DNA of 64,000 nucleotides from Octopus vulgaris. Taxonomy: Eukaryota. Within the stretch, counting starts at the first letter, position 1. Each line of letters opens with the position of its first letter. The DNA lies in the NCBI GenBank assembly GCA_951406725.2, contig OX597832.1:27962001-28026000 (forward strand), in the 5' to 3' direction. The position numbers and the translations under genes were made by a program. Positions 26,295 through 39,281 of this stretch are shown piece by piece. Under the pieces are notes generated by a model that searched no databases, was not told the origin of the DNA, and saw only the letters and a program-made list of their open reading frames with translations.

Positions 26295-26433
26295 TATTTT
26301 TTTACTACCCACTAGGGGCTAAACACAGAGGGGGACAAACAAGGACAGACAAACATATTAAGTCGATTACATCGACCCCAGTGCGTAACTGGTACTTAAT
26401 TTTTCGACCCCGAAAGGATGAAAGGCAAAGTCT
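26295..26433 (-). mobile_element. 5'-truncated Nin/Deu-like SINE
   Basis: 14-bp TSD ATGCAGACATTACC at 26281-26294 and 26436-26449. Confidence 0.85.
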
Positions 26434-27159
26434 TAATGCAGACATTACCGCACTACATTCCTGCCCCTAATGTAGACATTTCGCACCAAACCCTGTTTCT
26501 ATAAACAAGGACATTGACAACACCTTTCAAAGGGTCCACGATAAATTCAGTCTCTCTTTTAGAATATAAAAAAAAAAATTGCAATGACTACGCAAAGGTC
26601 AAAGAAACAGTCTTGTGCTTCACACTATCCACACATGACTAACACAGCTGAAACCATACATTGGTCAAACCACTGTCTCTCAGCTCGACCCTTAAATGGT
26701 CCCTAAAGGAGTAGCATTCGTCTTTGGAGCCAGAAAATAATTAAGCCCAGTCATCAAAGTTGAAGGGCCTCGTTGGTACAACGCTGGTCCCACATTTAGG
26801 ACAGTGCTCCTTCAGTTAAACGATCGAACCCCTTAAAAGGTCCACTTTGGATTAAGCCATGATGCATTCACTAAAACCCCACATTCTTTGGTCCACGGAC
26901 TGTCTTTCTTCTCCCCTTCTCTTTCCCTCCCTACGACGCTGGCCTTTGTTCTTCTTATTCAACTAGCCCCCTCCACCCAGTTACATTCGACCCCCCACCT
27001 CCACCACCCATATACTGACTGACCACCCCGTGCCGCCCCACAACCTGCCCCCTTCCGGTAGAAACTCTTTTCTGTTTTAGTCTTCGGTTGTTCCTACCGA
27101 TATCGACTTAACAGTGATTAAAGTAAACATTAACCACGTCGGTCTGTCATTAATCTCAC

Positions 27160-27540
27160 CAAGTCCTGACAGTCCAGCAAGCTGTAAACGGGGTACCAGG
27201 GTACCGTGTGTGTGGAGGGAGGTGTATAGTCGGTTTGTAGCGGCGAGTCTGTTGCGCTTTTAATTGCGTATGTGTGTGCGGGCGCGCGCAGATTGTCATT
27301 TCATTCACGAAAAAACCCGATGAGACAGAACAGGAGACGGACGCGGAAAATTGTGAAGAGGGCGAAAGACAGAGAGAGTAAGAGAAAGAGAGAGAAGGGG
27401 AGTGAGAGGGAGAGAGAAAGAGGGAGTGAGAGGGAGAGAGAGTTTGCGCGCACACACACACGCACACTGGCCAACCGGTTTGAATGCTGTTTCCAAACAG
27501 TGGACTGCACTTTTGAGAAGCAGGCGTTTTTGCGTGCAGT
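27160..27540 (-). other. candidate 5' (probably non-coding) exon; upstream boundary uncertain
   Basis: CpG-rich unique sequence ending at donor TTG|GTGAGA (last exon base 27160). Confidence 0.3.
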
Positions 27541-27740
27541 CTCATACATACACACACGCACACACACACATACATACATTAACAGACACACACACACATA
27601 CATACATTAACAGACACACACACACATACACACACACAAACACGTACATCAGTTGCGTAGAGAAAGAAAGAAGCTTCGTAGCGACTTCAAGATGGGTGGT
27701 GGCGATTTGCATACGAGCCTCTCTGTGTGTGTGTGTGTGT

Positions 27741-28114
27741 AGGCACAAGAGTGGCTGTGTGATAAGAAGCTTCCTTCTAACCCATATAGTTCTGGTTCAG
27801 TCCCACTGCGTGGCACAAGTGTCTTCCTACTATAAACCTCGGGCCGACCAAAAGATTTGTGAGTGGATTTGGCAGACGAGAACTGAAAGAGACCCAAAAA
27901 TATTGTATGTGTGTTTGTCCTCCCTCCGTCGCTTGACAACCGATGCTGGTGTGTTTACGTCCCCGTCAGTTAGCGGTTCGGCAAAAGAGACCGATAGAAT
28001 AAGTACTAGGCTTACAAGGAATGAGTCCTTGGGGTCGATTTGTTCGACTAAAAAAGGCGGTGCTCCAGCATGGCCGCAGTCAAATGATTGAAACAAGTAA
28101 AAGAGTAAAGAGTA
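27741..28114 (+). mobile_element. CORE-type SINE
   Basis: Same head, core and tail as the other copies. Confidence 0.85.
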
Positions 28115-28267
28115 TATATATATATATATATAGATTATATCCAACCAAACATCTAATTATTTAAAGTGGAAAAATTACCAGAAAAGACATAAATACTATA
28201 CCAAGGACTTTCTTTTCCTTATCCTACTATATACACATATGTGTGTGTATATATATATATATATATA

Positions 28268-28472
28268 TACTCTTTTACTCTTTTACTTGTTTCAGTCATT
28301 AGACTGCGGCCATGCTGGAGCACCGCCTTTAGTCGAGCAAATCGACCCCAGGACTTATTCTTTTTGTAAGCCCAGTACTTATTCTATCGGTGTCTTTTGC
28401 CGAACCGCTAAGTGACGGGGACGTAAGCACACCAGCATCGGTTGTCAAGCAATGCTAGGGGGACAAACACAG

Positions 28473-28545
<73 letters not shown>

Positions 28546-28704
28546 TACGACAGGCTTCTTTCAGTTTCCGTCTACCAAATCCACTCACAAGGCTTTGGTC
28601 AGCCCGAGGCTATAGTAGAAGACACTTGCCCAAGGTGCCACGCAGTGGGACTGAACCCGGAACCATGTGGTTGGTAAGCAAGCTACTTACCACACAGCCA
28701 CTCC
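28268..28704 (-). mobile_element. CORE-type SINE, full length, well preserved
   Basis: Best-preserved copy; inverted relative to 27741-28114. Confidence 0.88.
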
Positions 28705-29247
28705 ATTATATATATATATAATGTTGTTATATTATAACCACAATTCAACATTAAAATGAAGGATGACTCAATTTTTTTTTAGAGTACATAGTTTTTTTAC
28801 AGGGAAAAAGACCGATAGTGACTGTGTGTGTGTGAAGTTTTACTGGTCAGTCACACATACCACACACACAGGCCTACCTCTCATTCACTTTGTTTATAGT
28901 TCTTTCGTTTTCCTTCTCTCTCTCTCTCTTTCTCTCTGTCTCTTTCGTTTTTCCTCTGCTATAAGGGTCCCACCGTTGCTCCCCCCGTCCCTCCCGTACG
29001 TACACACACACACACACACACACACACGCTCTCTCTCTCCACCCTTTTCTGTTGCACTGCCGCATTCCACCCGATTCCCCCCCCCACATACACACACACA
29101 CAGACCAAGCCAGAGGACCACCTCCCCTAACCCTTTCCCCCCTCTACTCTACTAAGACCGCCGCCGCCACCATCACCAAATTTGCGACTCCCTCCTCTTC
29201 TCCTCACCCTCGCTCCATCTGTCAAACACAGATCACGGTGGTGCTGA

Positions 29248-29280
<33 letters not shown>

Positions 29281-29352
29281 CTACATTTTTTTTTTACTTA
29301 GTATTATAGCCATGAAATAAGTCGGCTGTTTTCCACCACCACCGCCGCCACC

Positions 29353-29383
<31 letters not shown>

Positions 29384-30160
29384 CCACTACTACTGCTACT
29401 TTTATTATTATTATTATTATCATCATCATGTGTGCTACCACCGACTGCCGAGAGCCATCTGACTTCGCTCACCCTTCTCTGTGTGAGAGAGAGAGACAGA
29501 GAGACAGACAGACTATGACTGTACTTCCCTCCGTCTTTCTATCTATCTATCTATCTCTCACTCTCTCTATCGCTTCCTCTTCCTACTACATCCTTTTTTT
29601 CTCCCTTCACCAAACCAGCCCTCTCTCTTCTCTTACTCTCCTTCCTTCCTTCCTCCCCTTCCTCCTGCTCCTACTGCTGCTCCTCCTCCTCTTCCTCCTC
29701 CTATCCATCTACTCTATCTACAGCTCATCGTTGCCCCCCGTCACAACTCTCTATCTATCTCTTTCTCTCCCTCCCTGCTTGCTTTATTTGTAAATCTATA
29801 TTTGCCTCGCATCTGTTTCGCCGCCGCCACCGCCGCCACACACATACGTTCGCAAGCATCTTTAACACACGCACACACTCGTGTACACACACACGCACGC
29901 ACGCACGACCATATACACATATATATATTCATACATCCATACATGTATTACTATACACATATATAGAGGTGTGTGTGTGTAGCTGAATTTTCATTCGGCT
30001 TGTACATTATACACTCATAGATATATAAATCTTTATATATCTATATCTGATATACAATAACAACAGAGGATATATATATATAACATATATATATATATAT
30101 ACGTGTGCGTGCGTATATAACCAAATTAATTATATATGTGGACGAAACAGAGCGATCTAA

Positions 30161-30248
30161 ATGAAGTGTACCGATTATTCTTCAATGATCCCATCTTCGC
30201 CTATGAGCATTTGTAGTGTCTGTATAGAGGAGTACACTAAATTATACG
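30161..30248 (+). CDS. candidate first coding exon MKCTDYSSMIPSSPMSICSVCIEEYTKLY, product unknown
   Basis: ATG-initiated 29 open codons plus 1 nt ending at consensus donor ACG|GTGAGT (phase 1); unique island among microsatellites. Confidence 0.35.
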
Positions 30249-30363
30249 GTGAGTGCCTATATATATATATACATACATATATACATACATAACTGTACAC
30301 ACATACATATATATTTGCATGCACACACGCACGTATATGTTTGTATTTAATTCTATACTTTTT

Positions 30364-30397
<34 letters not shown>

Positions 30398-30410
30398 CAC
30401 ACGCACACAA

Positions 30411-30465
<55 letters not shown>

Positions 30466-30645
30466 CATACGTACACAAACATATATATATATATACATAC
30501 ATATACACACATGATGTTTTTGCCGTTATTATTATCATTATTGAGAATGGTGGAAGTTTTGGTCGTCGTAGATATTCTGAGCAGTTCTTGTTTTCTGTCA
30601 CGCGGTTTCGATTCCCGGTCGAAGACGCTCGCATTCATTTAGTGA

Positions 30646-30685
<40 letters not shown>

Positions 30686-31979
30686 TGTTGTTGTTGTTTC
30701 GCTCCAGGTCAGTCCTGACCGAGAGAACCCATGATCAGAGACTATCCAGCCGTGACAACGCCGTCTTTAGACACCATCATTTACATACAAGTCCATTCAT
30801 TCTACCCGTAAATAAAGCGGGGTGTGTAATTTGAAGGAGATTTTCGTCTTCTGTGTCTCGCGGGGCGGTCGACCGCGAAGACAACCTACACGCTGGTCAT
30901 CATGTGGTTTCGCTCAGCGGAGCTTAATGTCCTTGAGGGCGAAAAATAGAAATCATGTATGTTAGTCACGTTCTTGCGTTCAAACCACGCCGACGTCGGC
31001 TTCGCCTCTTCTCCTTCCCGGGTTGTCAATATAATTGATTTATAACCACGTTCCATAATGTATGATCCCATGATTATTATTATTATTGTTGTTGTTGTTG
31101 GCAGTGGATTGGTCGGACAAAATGCTTTGTATCGTTTCTTTCGGCTCTTTATCGAGTTCAGATCCCACTAAGGTCAGCCTAGCCTTTCATCCTTTCGGGG
31201 GTAAATAAAATGTACTAATTGAAATAGTGACGGGGCGCGATTTATTCCACTAACTGCCCCCGACCCCCACTCCGCATAAAAAAAAAATTCTGGCTTTGTA
31301 CCTAAATTCGAAACTATTATTCTCGGAAAAATGTTGGTAACTAGAAAGATCGATATCTCTATAGATATTGGATATGGAATATATTGATGGTTGTTTGAGT
31401 CGGGACGGACAGGATGGGAATCTAGTTATCGTTCAGTGGTTGGAACAGATCCGGGCCGAAGTTGTTTTTCATCCACCCGAATGTGGGTGGGTGGGCGTTG
31501 GCCTTCTCTCTCTCTGAACTTAAATGTCGGGAATTTAGATTGTGTTGTGATGTTCACCCACATCCCGTCCCCTTATATCAAACCTACAAAAAAACCCCCC
31601 CAAAAAACGTTCATATATAACGAATCGTTTTATTATAAAGAAGATATCGTTATCATCATCATCACCACCACCATCATCATTATCATCACTACTACTGTCA
31701 TTAACATCAGTACCACCATCATCATCATGTATGTCCGGCGATAAAGCGAGGTCCCTGAAGATTTACTTTCCTCCGTCAGAAAACACAAGTCCCTTTAAAT
31801 TTCGATTCGTCATAAAAGTTTGTGTGTGTGTGTGTGTAAGTGTCTACCTACGCGCGCGCGCATGCACACGTACACACGTATGGATGTTGAGCTCCCTATT
31901 TTTAATTCACATTTATTTCCCATTCATAAGTAAAAATGGGTGTCGGCCTCTCATTTGGAGCGGGTTGGCGGCGGCTTAC

Positions 31980-32040
31980 CTTACAATACGTCCCTTTATT
32001 CGGGGTTAGATAGAGGTGCACGCCTGCCCGTGCTCCCACC

Positions 32041-32042
<2 letters not shown>
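31980..32042 (-). other. 3' end of a candidate non-coding 5' exon
   Basis: Consensus donor AAG|GTAAGC (last exon base 31980) in CpG-rich unique sequence. Confidence 0.28.
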
Positions 32043-32086
<44 letters not shown>

Positions 32087-32110
32087 TCTATTTTCTTTTT
32101 GTAACATATT

Positions 32111-32152
<42 letters not shown>

Positions 32153-32164
32153 CTCTCTCTCTCT

Positions 32165-32214
<50 letters not shown>

Positions 32215-32328
32215 CACATACAGAGAAAGATGTTTAACGTGTAACACTCGTAGTTTTCAATATTTATTATCATCATTATTATTATCCATATATATAGAAA
32301 GATAGATGAATGTGTGTGTGTATGTATG

Positions 32329-32376
<48 letters not shown>

Positions 32377-34954
32377 TACATACATACACACATTTATTTA
32401 TCTCTCTCTCTCTATATATATATAGATAGATAGATAGATGTGTGTGTGTGTTGTTGGTTTATCGGTTCCGAGCCAACCAATCACCACCACTCCGGTGCCA
32501 TCAACCATCCAGTCAGTCCTTTCATCAAACTCTCTGACAATATCCCATGCCCTCGTCCCCCCCCCCCACATCGCCTCTCCTCTGCACCGATCCCTCTCCC
32601 CACCACTCTTTGCATTCATTCATTCTTTCTCGCTGCTTTGAATTCCTTTCTCCCTTCAAGTTCCAACCACTACCGACATCACTCCAGGCACGACCACCAC
32701 CACCACCACCTCTACTACTTCTACTACCAACACTTAAGACAATTCCACCACCACCACCCGTCCTGTCTTCCATACAACGTGTCCTGTTCCTGTTGACAAT
32801 CTCTCTTCAGTTCTTCCTCCACTAGAACCTCGTTTCTCTTCCTGTCTTTGAGTAGGAAGAATGGTAAATTCTCCCCCACCACCATCACCACCTCAGCCTT
32901 CCACCATCTTCATTAGACAGAAAAGAGGGGAGGGACGGGTTTGCCACACAAACCGAGATCTTGACCCCCCCCCCCATCCACTTCTCATTGAGTTTTTATT
33001 TATTTATTTATTTGCTTTTGCAATCTTTATGGGACACCTTTTTGAATTTTAGACAAAAAAAAAATGGTTGGTTCCTCTCCATCAACAACTGGGACTCGGT
33101 GTCTGTAATAAATAAATGAATTATGTTTTGAATGGAGAGGCATGAATGTCACATTATCCTCATCGAACGTGGCGGCCTTTTTGCTATGCATGTAGCGTGT
33201 ATACGTATGTATATATATTTGTATTATGTGTTGTCCATTGATGGAAAAAAACGGGTATTTAAGAACTCCGGGGGTACACGCTTTGGTCCGAGAGTTCTGA
33301 GGTTGCGAAGGTGGGACAAGACGGGCGGCATAAGCCACCGTCCCTTCATCCCTCCTTCCCTCCCGTAAGCAGAAATGGTAGGGAAACGCCATTCTCTTCC
33401 CCTCCTCCTTTACTGTTCCTCGTGTAATCAATTCTGGAATGTTACATCTTCGTATCTTCCGGTTCAGAATCTCTCTTCCTTCTTCCTCGTCGTCACCACC
33501 ACACAACCACCACCACCACCATCATCATCATTGTTAACAGCATCATCACCACCACCACAACCACCACCAATCACTACCGGCACCACCACGACTATCATCA
33601 TCATCATCATCATCGTCAGCGAGACTGAACCGTCGCCGTCGCCACCACCGCCGCCACTACTATTACTACCACCAACACGTGAACGTTGAACTACTTCCAG
33701 CATCAGCGCCTCCGCCGTCACCGCCATCTTTGCCTGTTTTAAAAATATTCCAAATGTTCAGTTTGTAAAGCTATTTCTTGCCATCACCACCACCACCGCC
33801 TGCCTGCCTGCCTCCCTCCCTCCGCCGCCGCCAACACCACCACCACCACAGCATTGACACCGTCGCCGCCATCACCATCACCACCGCCTGCCTGCCTCCC
33901 TCCCTCCGCCGCCGCTAACACCACCACTACCACCACCACCGCCACCATCACAACCACAGCATTGACACCGCCACCTCCACCACCACCGCCGCTGTCTTAT
34001 CGCTGTCACTACCACAGTCTTACCGCCGCTACCACCACCACCACCACCACTGCATTCTCGTCTCCACCACCGCCACCACCACCACCACTGACCACCTCCA
34101 CCACCGAATCGTCTCTCTAGTGTGTCATGTCTATAGTCTTAAGTTTTTTCTTCCTTTTCCTCCACCTCCCACCCCCTTACTACTATTACTACTACTACTA
34201 CTAAGGAAATCCGTTCGACAGCTTGTAGTAGTAGTAGTAGTAGTAGTTTCTCAAGTGATGATGTGGCAGCTGAGACGTTTGTTGTTTGGTTCGTGGCGGT
34301 GATGATGGTGGTGGTGGACTAAATAGACGTGTAGTCTATAGTAGTGGTAGTAGTGGTGGTGGTGGAAGTGGTGGTAGTAGTTCTGTTTTTACTTAGAGAG
34401 AGAGAGGGGGAGGCAGGCAGGGAGGGAGAAGTGGTTGGTGGCGGTGGCGGGGAGACGATGTCCTCTATTTATCTCTTCCTCTCCTCCTCCTCCTGCCACT
34501 GTTTAAGCCTTCTCTGAGCGCATCCACCACCACCTCCACCATCACTCCCGCCACGCTTGTTGCATTTGTATATACGCACGTATATGTGTGTATATATATA
34601 TATATATACACACATATATATATAGTGTGTGTATGTGTTTAGGTACCCTGTCTGGTGCTCCGTATTTATTATAATGTGCTACTTGACCCCTAAAGCACTC
34701 CCCTTTTTCGCCACTACATAATCCGCGAACCGGTGGCGGTCACCGGACGGACGATGGTCGCTTTCAGTTCACTGAGGTCAGGTCGCTAAATGCACTTTTA
34801 AAGGGAAATGGATGAACGTTACTCAATCTCATTCATTCTCGCTTCCGCGTTGTAAATGTGGAAAGGCGGTTTGTGTAGACATGGCAGTTGTGTCTTCACT
34901 GTTAAAATGTTTGAAAGAGTTCTCTCTGCACCTCTGTCTGTCTATCTATCTGTC

Positions 34955-34964
34955 TATATGTATG

Positions 34965-35000
<36 letters not shown>

Positions 35001-35351
35001 GTGTGTGTGTGTGTATGTATATATATGTGTGTGTATGTATGTATATATGTGTGTGTATGTATGTATATATGTGTGTGTATGTATGTATATATGTGTGTGT
35101 ATGTATATATATATGTGTGTATGTATGTATATATGTGTGTGTGTGTGTATGTATGTATATATGTGTGTGTGTGTGTATGTATGTATATATATATGTGTGT
35201 ATGTATGTATATATGTGTGTGTGTGTGTGTGTATGTATGTATATATATATATATGTGTATGTATATATATATATATATGTGTGTGTGTATGTATGTATAT
35301 ATATGTGTATGTCTATATATATATGCATGTATGTCTATATATATATATATA
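34955..35351. repeat. (TA)/(TG)/(TATG) compound microsatellite
   Basis: Directly visible. Confidence 0.95.
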
Positions 35352-35581
35352 GTCACAGGTCATCCTTAATAGAGTGAGCCTATGGTCAAGGGCTTCCCAG
35401 CCGTGACCAGCTGTCTGCGACCTTCCCTTACTTAAGACATTGTAGTAATGTGGTTTGAAGGAGATTTAGTTGCTATTTCTAGCAGTTCGAAGCGGTTTCG
35501 ATCTCACAGGTGTAAAATAATGATTTCCCTTTCGGTTTCGTTGTTACTGAAACGCTCTTGTGAAAGGCATTAACGCCACAA

Positions 35582-35688
35582 CACGTGCCTTGCCCCTCCC
35601 CTCCTCCCCGCTCTCTCTCTCTCACTCTCTCTCCACATAATCGGAACCACGTGTCCAATCGAAAAACGATCGATACTCAACGGAAGTG
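35582..35688. promoter_or_regulatory. cluster of promoter-type motifs
   Basis: CACGTG (35582, 35648), CCAAT (35655), ATCGATA (35669), CGGAAGTG (35681) in CpG-rich context. Confidence 0.25.
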
Positions 35689-37637
35689 CCCCTCTCTCTC
35701 TCCCTCCCTCTCTCTTCCACGTTTGTCTCTTTCATTTTCCGTCACCGGATTTCGTCAACCTTTTGGCGAGTTTCACAGATGTTTTAATTAACCCGAGTTC
35801 AGGTATCGTCCACCAAGAACTACCGTCAAAGAAGTCCCATCTTATTTTCTCCCAGACAGTGTATGTAGGAAAACTTTATTTAACGTATCCTCTTTTAGAT
35901 ATATATATATATATATTATTTTTTTTTTTAGTCGGTAAAATGTTAATTAAAAGCGGTTTGTCTGCGGTTTCAAGCAAGTCTTGTGACCACATCGAACGCT
36001 TCTTCGTTGATTCATTATATTTTTCATTTAAAAACAATAAATTTATGGGGTTAACTTACTAAGCCTCTTTATTCCTCCTGATAAACAAACTTGACAAAAT
36101 ATCGTGACAAAATGTCATCGTCTGTGGACCCGGGTCAACTCGCTTTCATACTCTGCTACTTGTATTTCCTTTTAACCAGCCGTTTGCTAAAAACGTGACT
36201 CACATCTTCTTGACCCTTTTTCCTGCTCAAACCCTTTTCATAAGTTTGTCCATGCTTGTTTTCAGATAGTTTGTTAACCCTAGTTTTCAGGTGTTCTGAG
36301 TAACATAAAGCTTTTCCTTTCATAACTTCCTGGTTACTTTGGTCTTTGGGAAAAAATGTCCTGTGTGTCATATGAGGTATACGAGACGAGAAAGGGGTCG
36401 GTCCCTTTCTCTTTTATTTTGATTTAGCCACATACCTATTGGTCTTTAATAAATATACATCACTTCTGTATCTGATGCAGAGTCGAGTTGTGACATGTCT
36501 CGGTTAATCCCTGCAAAACCGATAGACATTTACACAATTTTTCCTAATTAGGGAAAGAAAACTGGGAAAATAGAAAAAAAAAATACAAAATGCAATTATT
36601 GCAGTTAAGCTACAGGCCAGTCTTGATGAGCAAGAAAAGCCCCAGCTGGGGCTGTTCTATTTTGTATATAAACCCCTTCCGGGTGACTAAAAGCTATGTC
36701 TTCCAACTAGACCCTTGGCCCTACTGCTTACAACAGATTGTCACCCAGGGTGAGAGATGGTAGTATTAAACCAAAAAGGAATTTGAATTTACCAGGATTT
36801 GAACTCAGATCGTAAAGAGCCAAATAATATATATTACAAGGCTCTAATGATTCCGTCGCTCCACCACCCGAAAATTGTACTTTCTTTATCGACCCCAGTA
36901 AAACGAAGGGCAAAGTTGACCTCATGAGTGCAAGGACCCAAAAGGCATATTTTGTCTGACGCTCTTATGACCCCGCCTGTTCACCTATTTGTTCCTTTTT
37001 ATTTTTTATTTTTAAAGACAATATGGTGTTATTTGGCGAGGTTTTCGCTGTTATTTCTAGTAGATCGAGCGGTCACGTAAGAAGTCCTTTTGACAAGACG
37101 TGGTTATTGATGAGGTGGACAGCGCCAGATTTACACCAGATGGCACTCGAAAAGGTCGCTTGTTGAGGAGAGATTGTTCCAGATCTCTTTTAAAATTTGA
37201 GGTCCCTGAATTATTGTGGGGCTGTATGTAATCCAATCTATTAGCTTGTTTATCTTTTAATCTGGCCACTGCTGGATAAAATGGCAGTCTTAATCCAGCA
37301 CACCTATGACCAAAGACATTCTGTCTGTGATAGTTCTATCTTTTATTCAGGCAATGTATCGAACTCTACATTATTTTGTTTGGCTTTTCTATTGTAATTC
37401 TTTTTTTTTTTTTTTTTTTTTTTTTTCATAAAGTTAACTTTAAAAGGTTTTGGTGTGTGCAAAGAAGTGCCTGCTGTTTCTAGCAGCTCGAGGCACTGGG
37501 TAGAAGGCTCCTTCGTTCGTGTGAAATACAACAGACATTTGTCTTTTATTTATTGCAACTTCCGCTCCACCTTCTTCCAATCTACCGGCAGTTCTTCATT
37601 TTTTTTTACACACTAAATCATCTCTCTCTCTCTCTCT

Positions 37638-37677
<40 letters not shown>

Positions 37678-38353
37678 CACACACACACTCGAAACAGATG
37701 TCTGTTTTCTCTCCCTCTCTTTCTCTCTGTCTTTGTCTCACTTTTTACTCTCTTCCCTTCTTGCACTCTTTTCTTTCTCTCTCCTTTCCTCACGCTCTCT
37801 CTCTCTCTTTTTCCCCTTCTACTCTCTCTTCCTCTATGTCTCTCTGTCTGTCTGTCTCTCTCTCTTTCTTCCCTTCTATTCTCTCTTCCTCTATGTCTCT
37901 GTCTCTCTCTGTCTGTCTCTTACAAAAGACTTCAATCAATATTAAATTTAAATAATGTAACCTTAGAAACCATTGTTGGAAATAAAATGGTTTTGACTGG
38001 TTGCGTGTAAATCCCGTTGGATTCAATCGATGTTTGTTCAATCGAAATATGTGGTTAGGGCGTTGGGCTTGCAACCATGAGGACTCGGCAGCAGCAGCAC
38101 TGCATTGTGTCCTTGAGCAAGGTACTTCATCTCATGTTGCTACAGTCTCTTCAGATGAAAACAAGCACCAGCTGAATGCTGGTGTAGCTCTCTCTCTCTC
38201 TCTACTTATCTTATCGTTGGTGTTCCTCTGGGTCAAGGCAGTCTTTGTCTGTTGGTGATTATACAGGCACCTGAAGCTATTTGTGAAAGCATGGTACAAG
38301 CTGCCCAGTGGTCAAAGTCGCTGGTCATAAATAATTATGATGTTTTCAATATG

Positions 38354-38404
<51 letters not shown>

Positions 38405-38515
38405 GGATAGTATTATTAAAATACTATCATAAGTGGTAAGTGAATTATCAGCCGTACAGGCAAATAAATAAAAGATATGCATACAATATTGGATATATAC
38501 ATACAATATACAATA

Positions 38516-38546
<31 letters not shown>

Positions 38547-38979
38547 TCATCATCATTATCGTCATCATTATCGTCATCATTTAACGTCCGTTTTCCATGC
38601 TGGCATGGGTTTGACTGGGGCTTCTGGGAAGCCAGGAGGCCGCACCAGGCCCCAACCTGATCTGGCTAGGTGTCTACAGCTGGATGCTCTTCCTAATGGC
38701 AACCACTCTGTGAGTGTAGTGGATGCTTTTTACGTGCCACCACCACAGGGGGCCAGAGGAGCTGGCATTGACCACGATTGGATGGTGCTTTTTACGTGCC
38801 ACCAGCATGGAAGCCTGTCAAAGTGGCACTGGTATTGGCCACTTTTGGATGGTGCTTTTTACATGCCACCGGCTCGGGGATCCCAACTACAATTTCTATT
38901 TGATTTGATGTTGATGTTGATCAATATCGAAATCAAATCATATGGGAATCGTAGTTGCGGCCCCCGTGCCGGTAGCATG
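38547..38979 (-). mobile_element. family C element whose 5' end is fused head-to-head with an inverted 5' end (palindrome 38862-38979)
   Basis: (CAT)n tail at left; arms CATGCCACCGGCTCGGGG..CAACTAC..TGATTTGAT / ATCAAATCA..GTAGTTG..CCCCGTGCCGGTAGCATG. Confidence 0.75.
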
Positions 38980-38988
38980 CAAATAAAT

Positions 38989-39126
38989 AATAAAGAGAGT
39001 ATGGAGACTTGGACCTCCACAAAATTGATTTTATAAGTTATATGCAACATATGTAGGTCATAATAACATGTTGTTCATAACTATAAAATCAATTTTCTGG
39101 ATGTACAAGTCTCCATACTCTTTATT
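38989..39126. repeat. fold-back palindrome (MITE-like), arms about 60 bp
   Basis: GAGTATGGAGACTTG..AAAATTGATTTTATA..CAACAT pairs with ATGTTG..TATAAAATCAATTTT..CAAGTCTCCATACTC. Confidence 0.85.
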
Positions 39127-39281
39127 AATATTAACGTAGGGTCAAGATAATTTTTACTGTCCAGTGGACACACAATTACCCATCGGAAGAGTGACTAACA
39201 AAACCAATAGTTGTGGTTAGCCAATATGGCATCCGCACGGATAATATGTTCCTCCAAACACACTTATATATAATCCAATCA

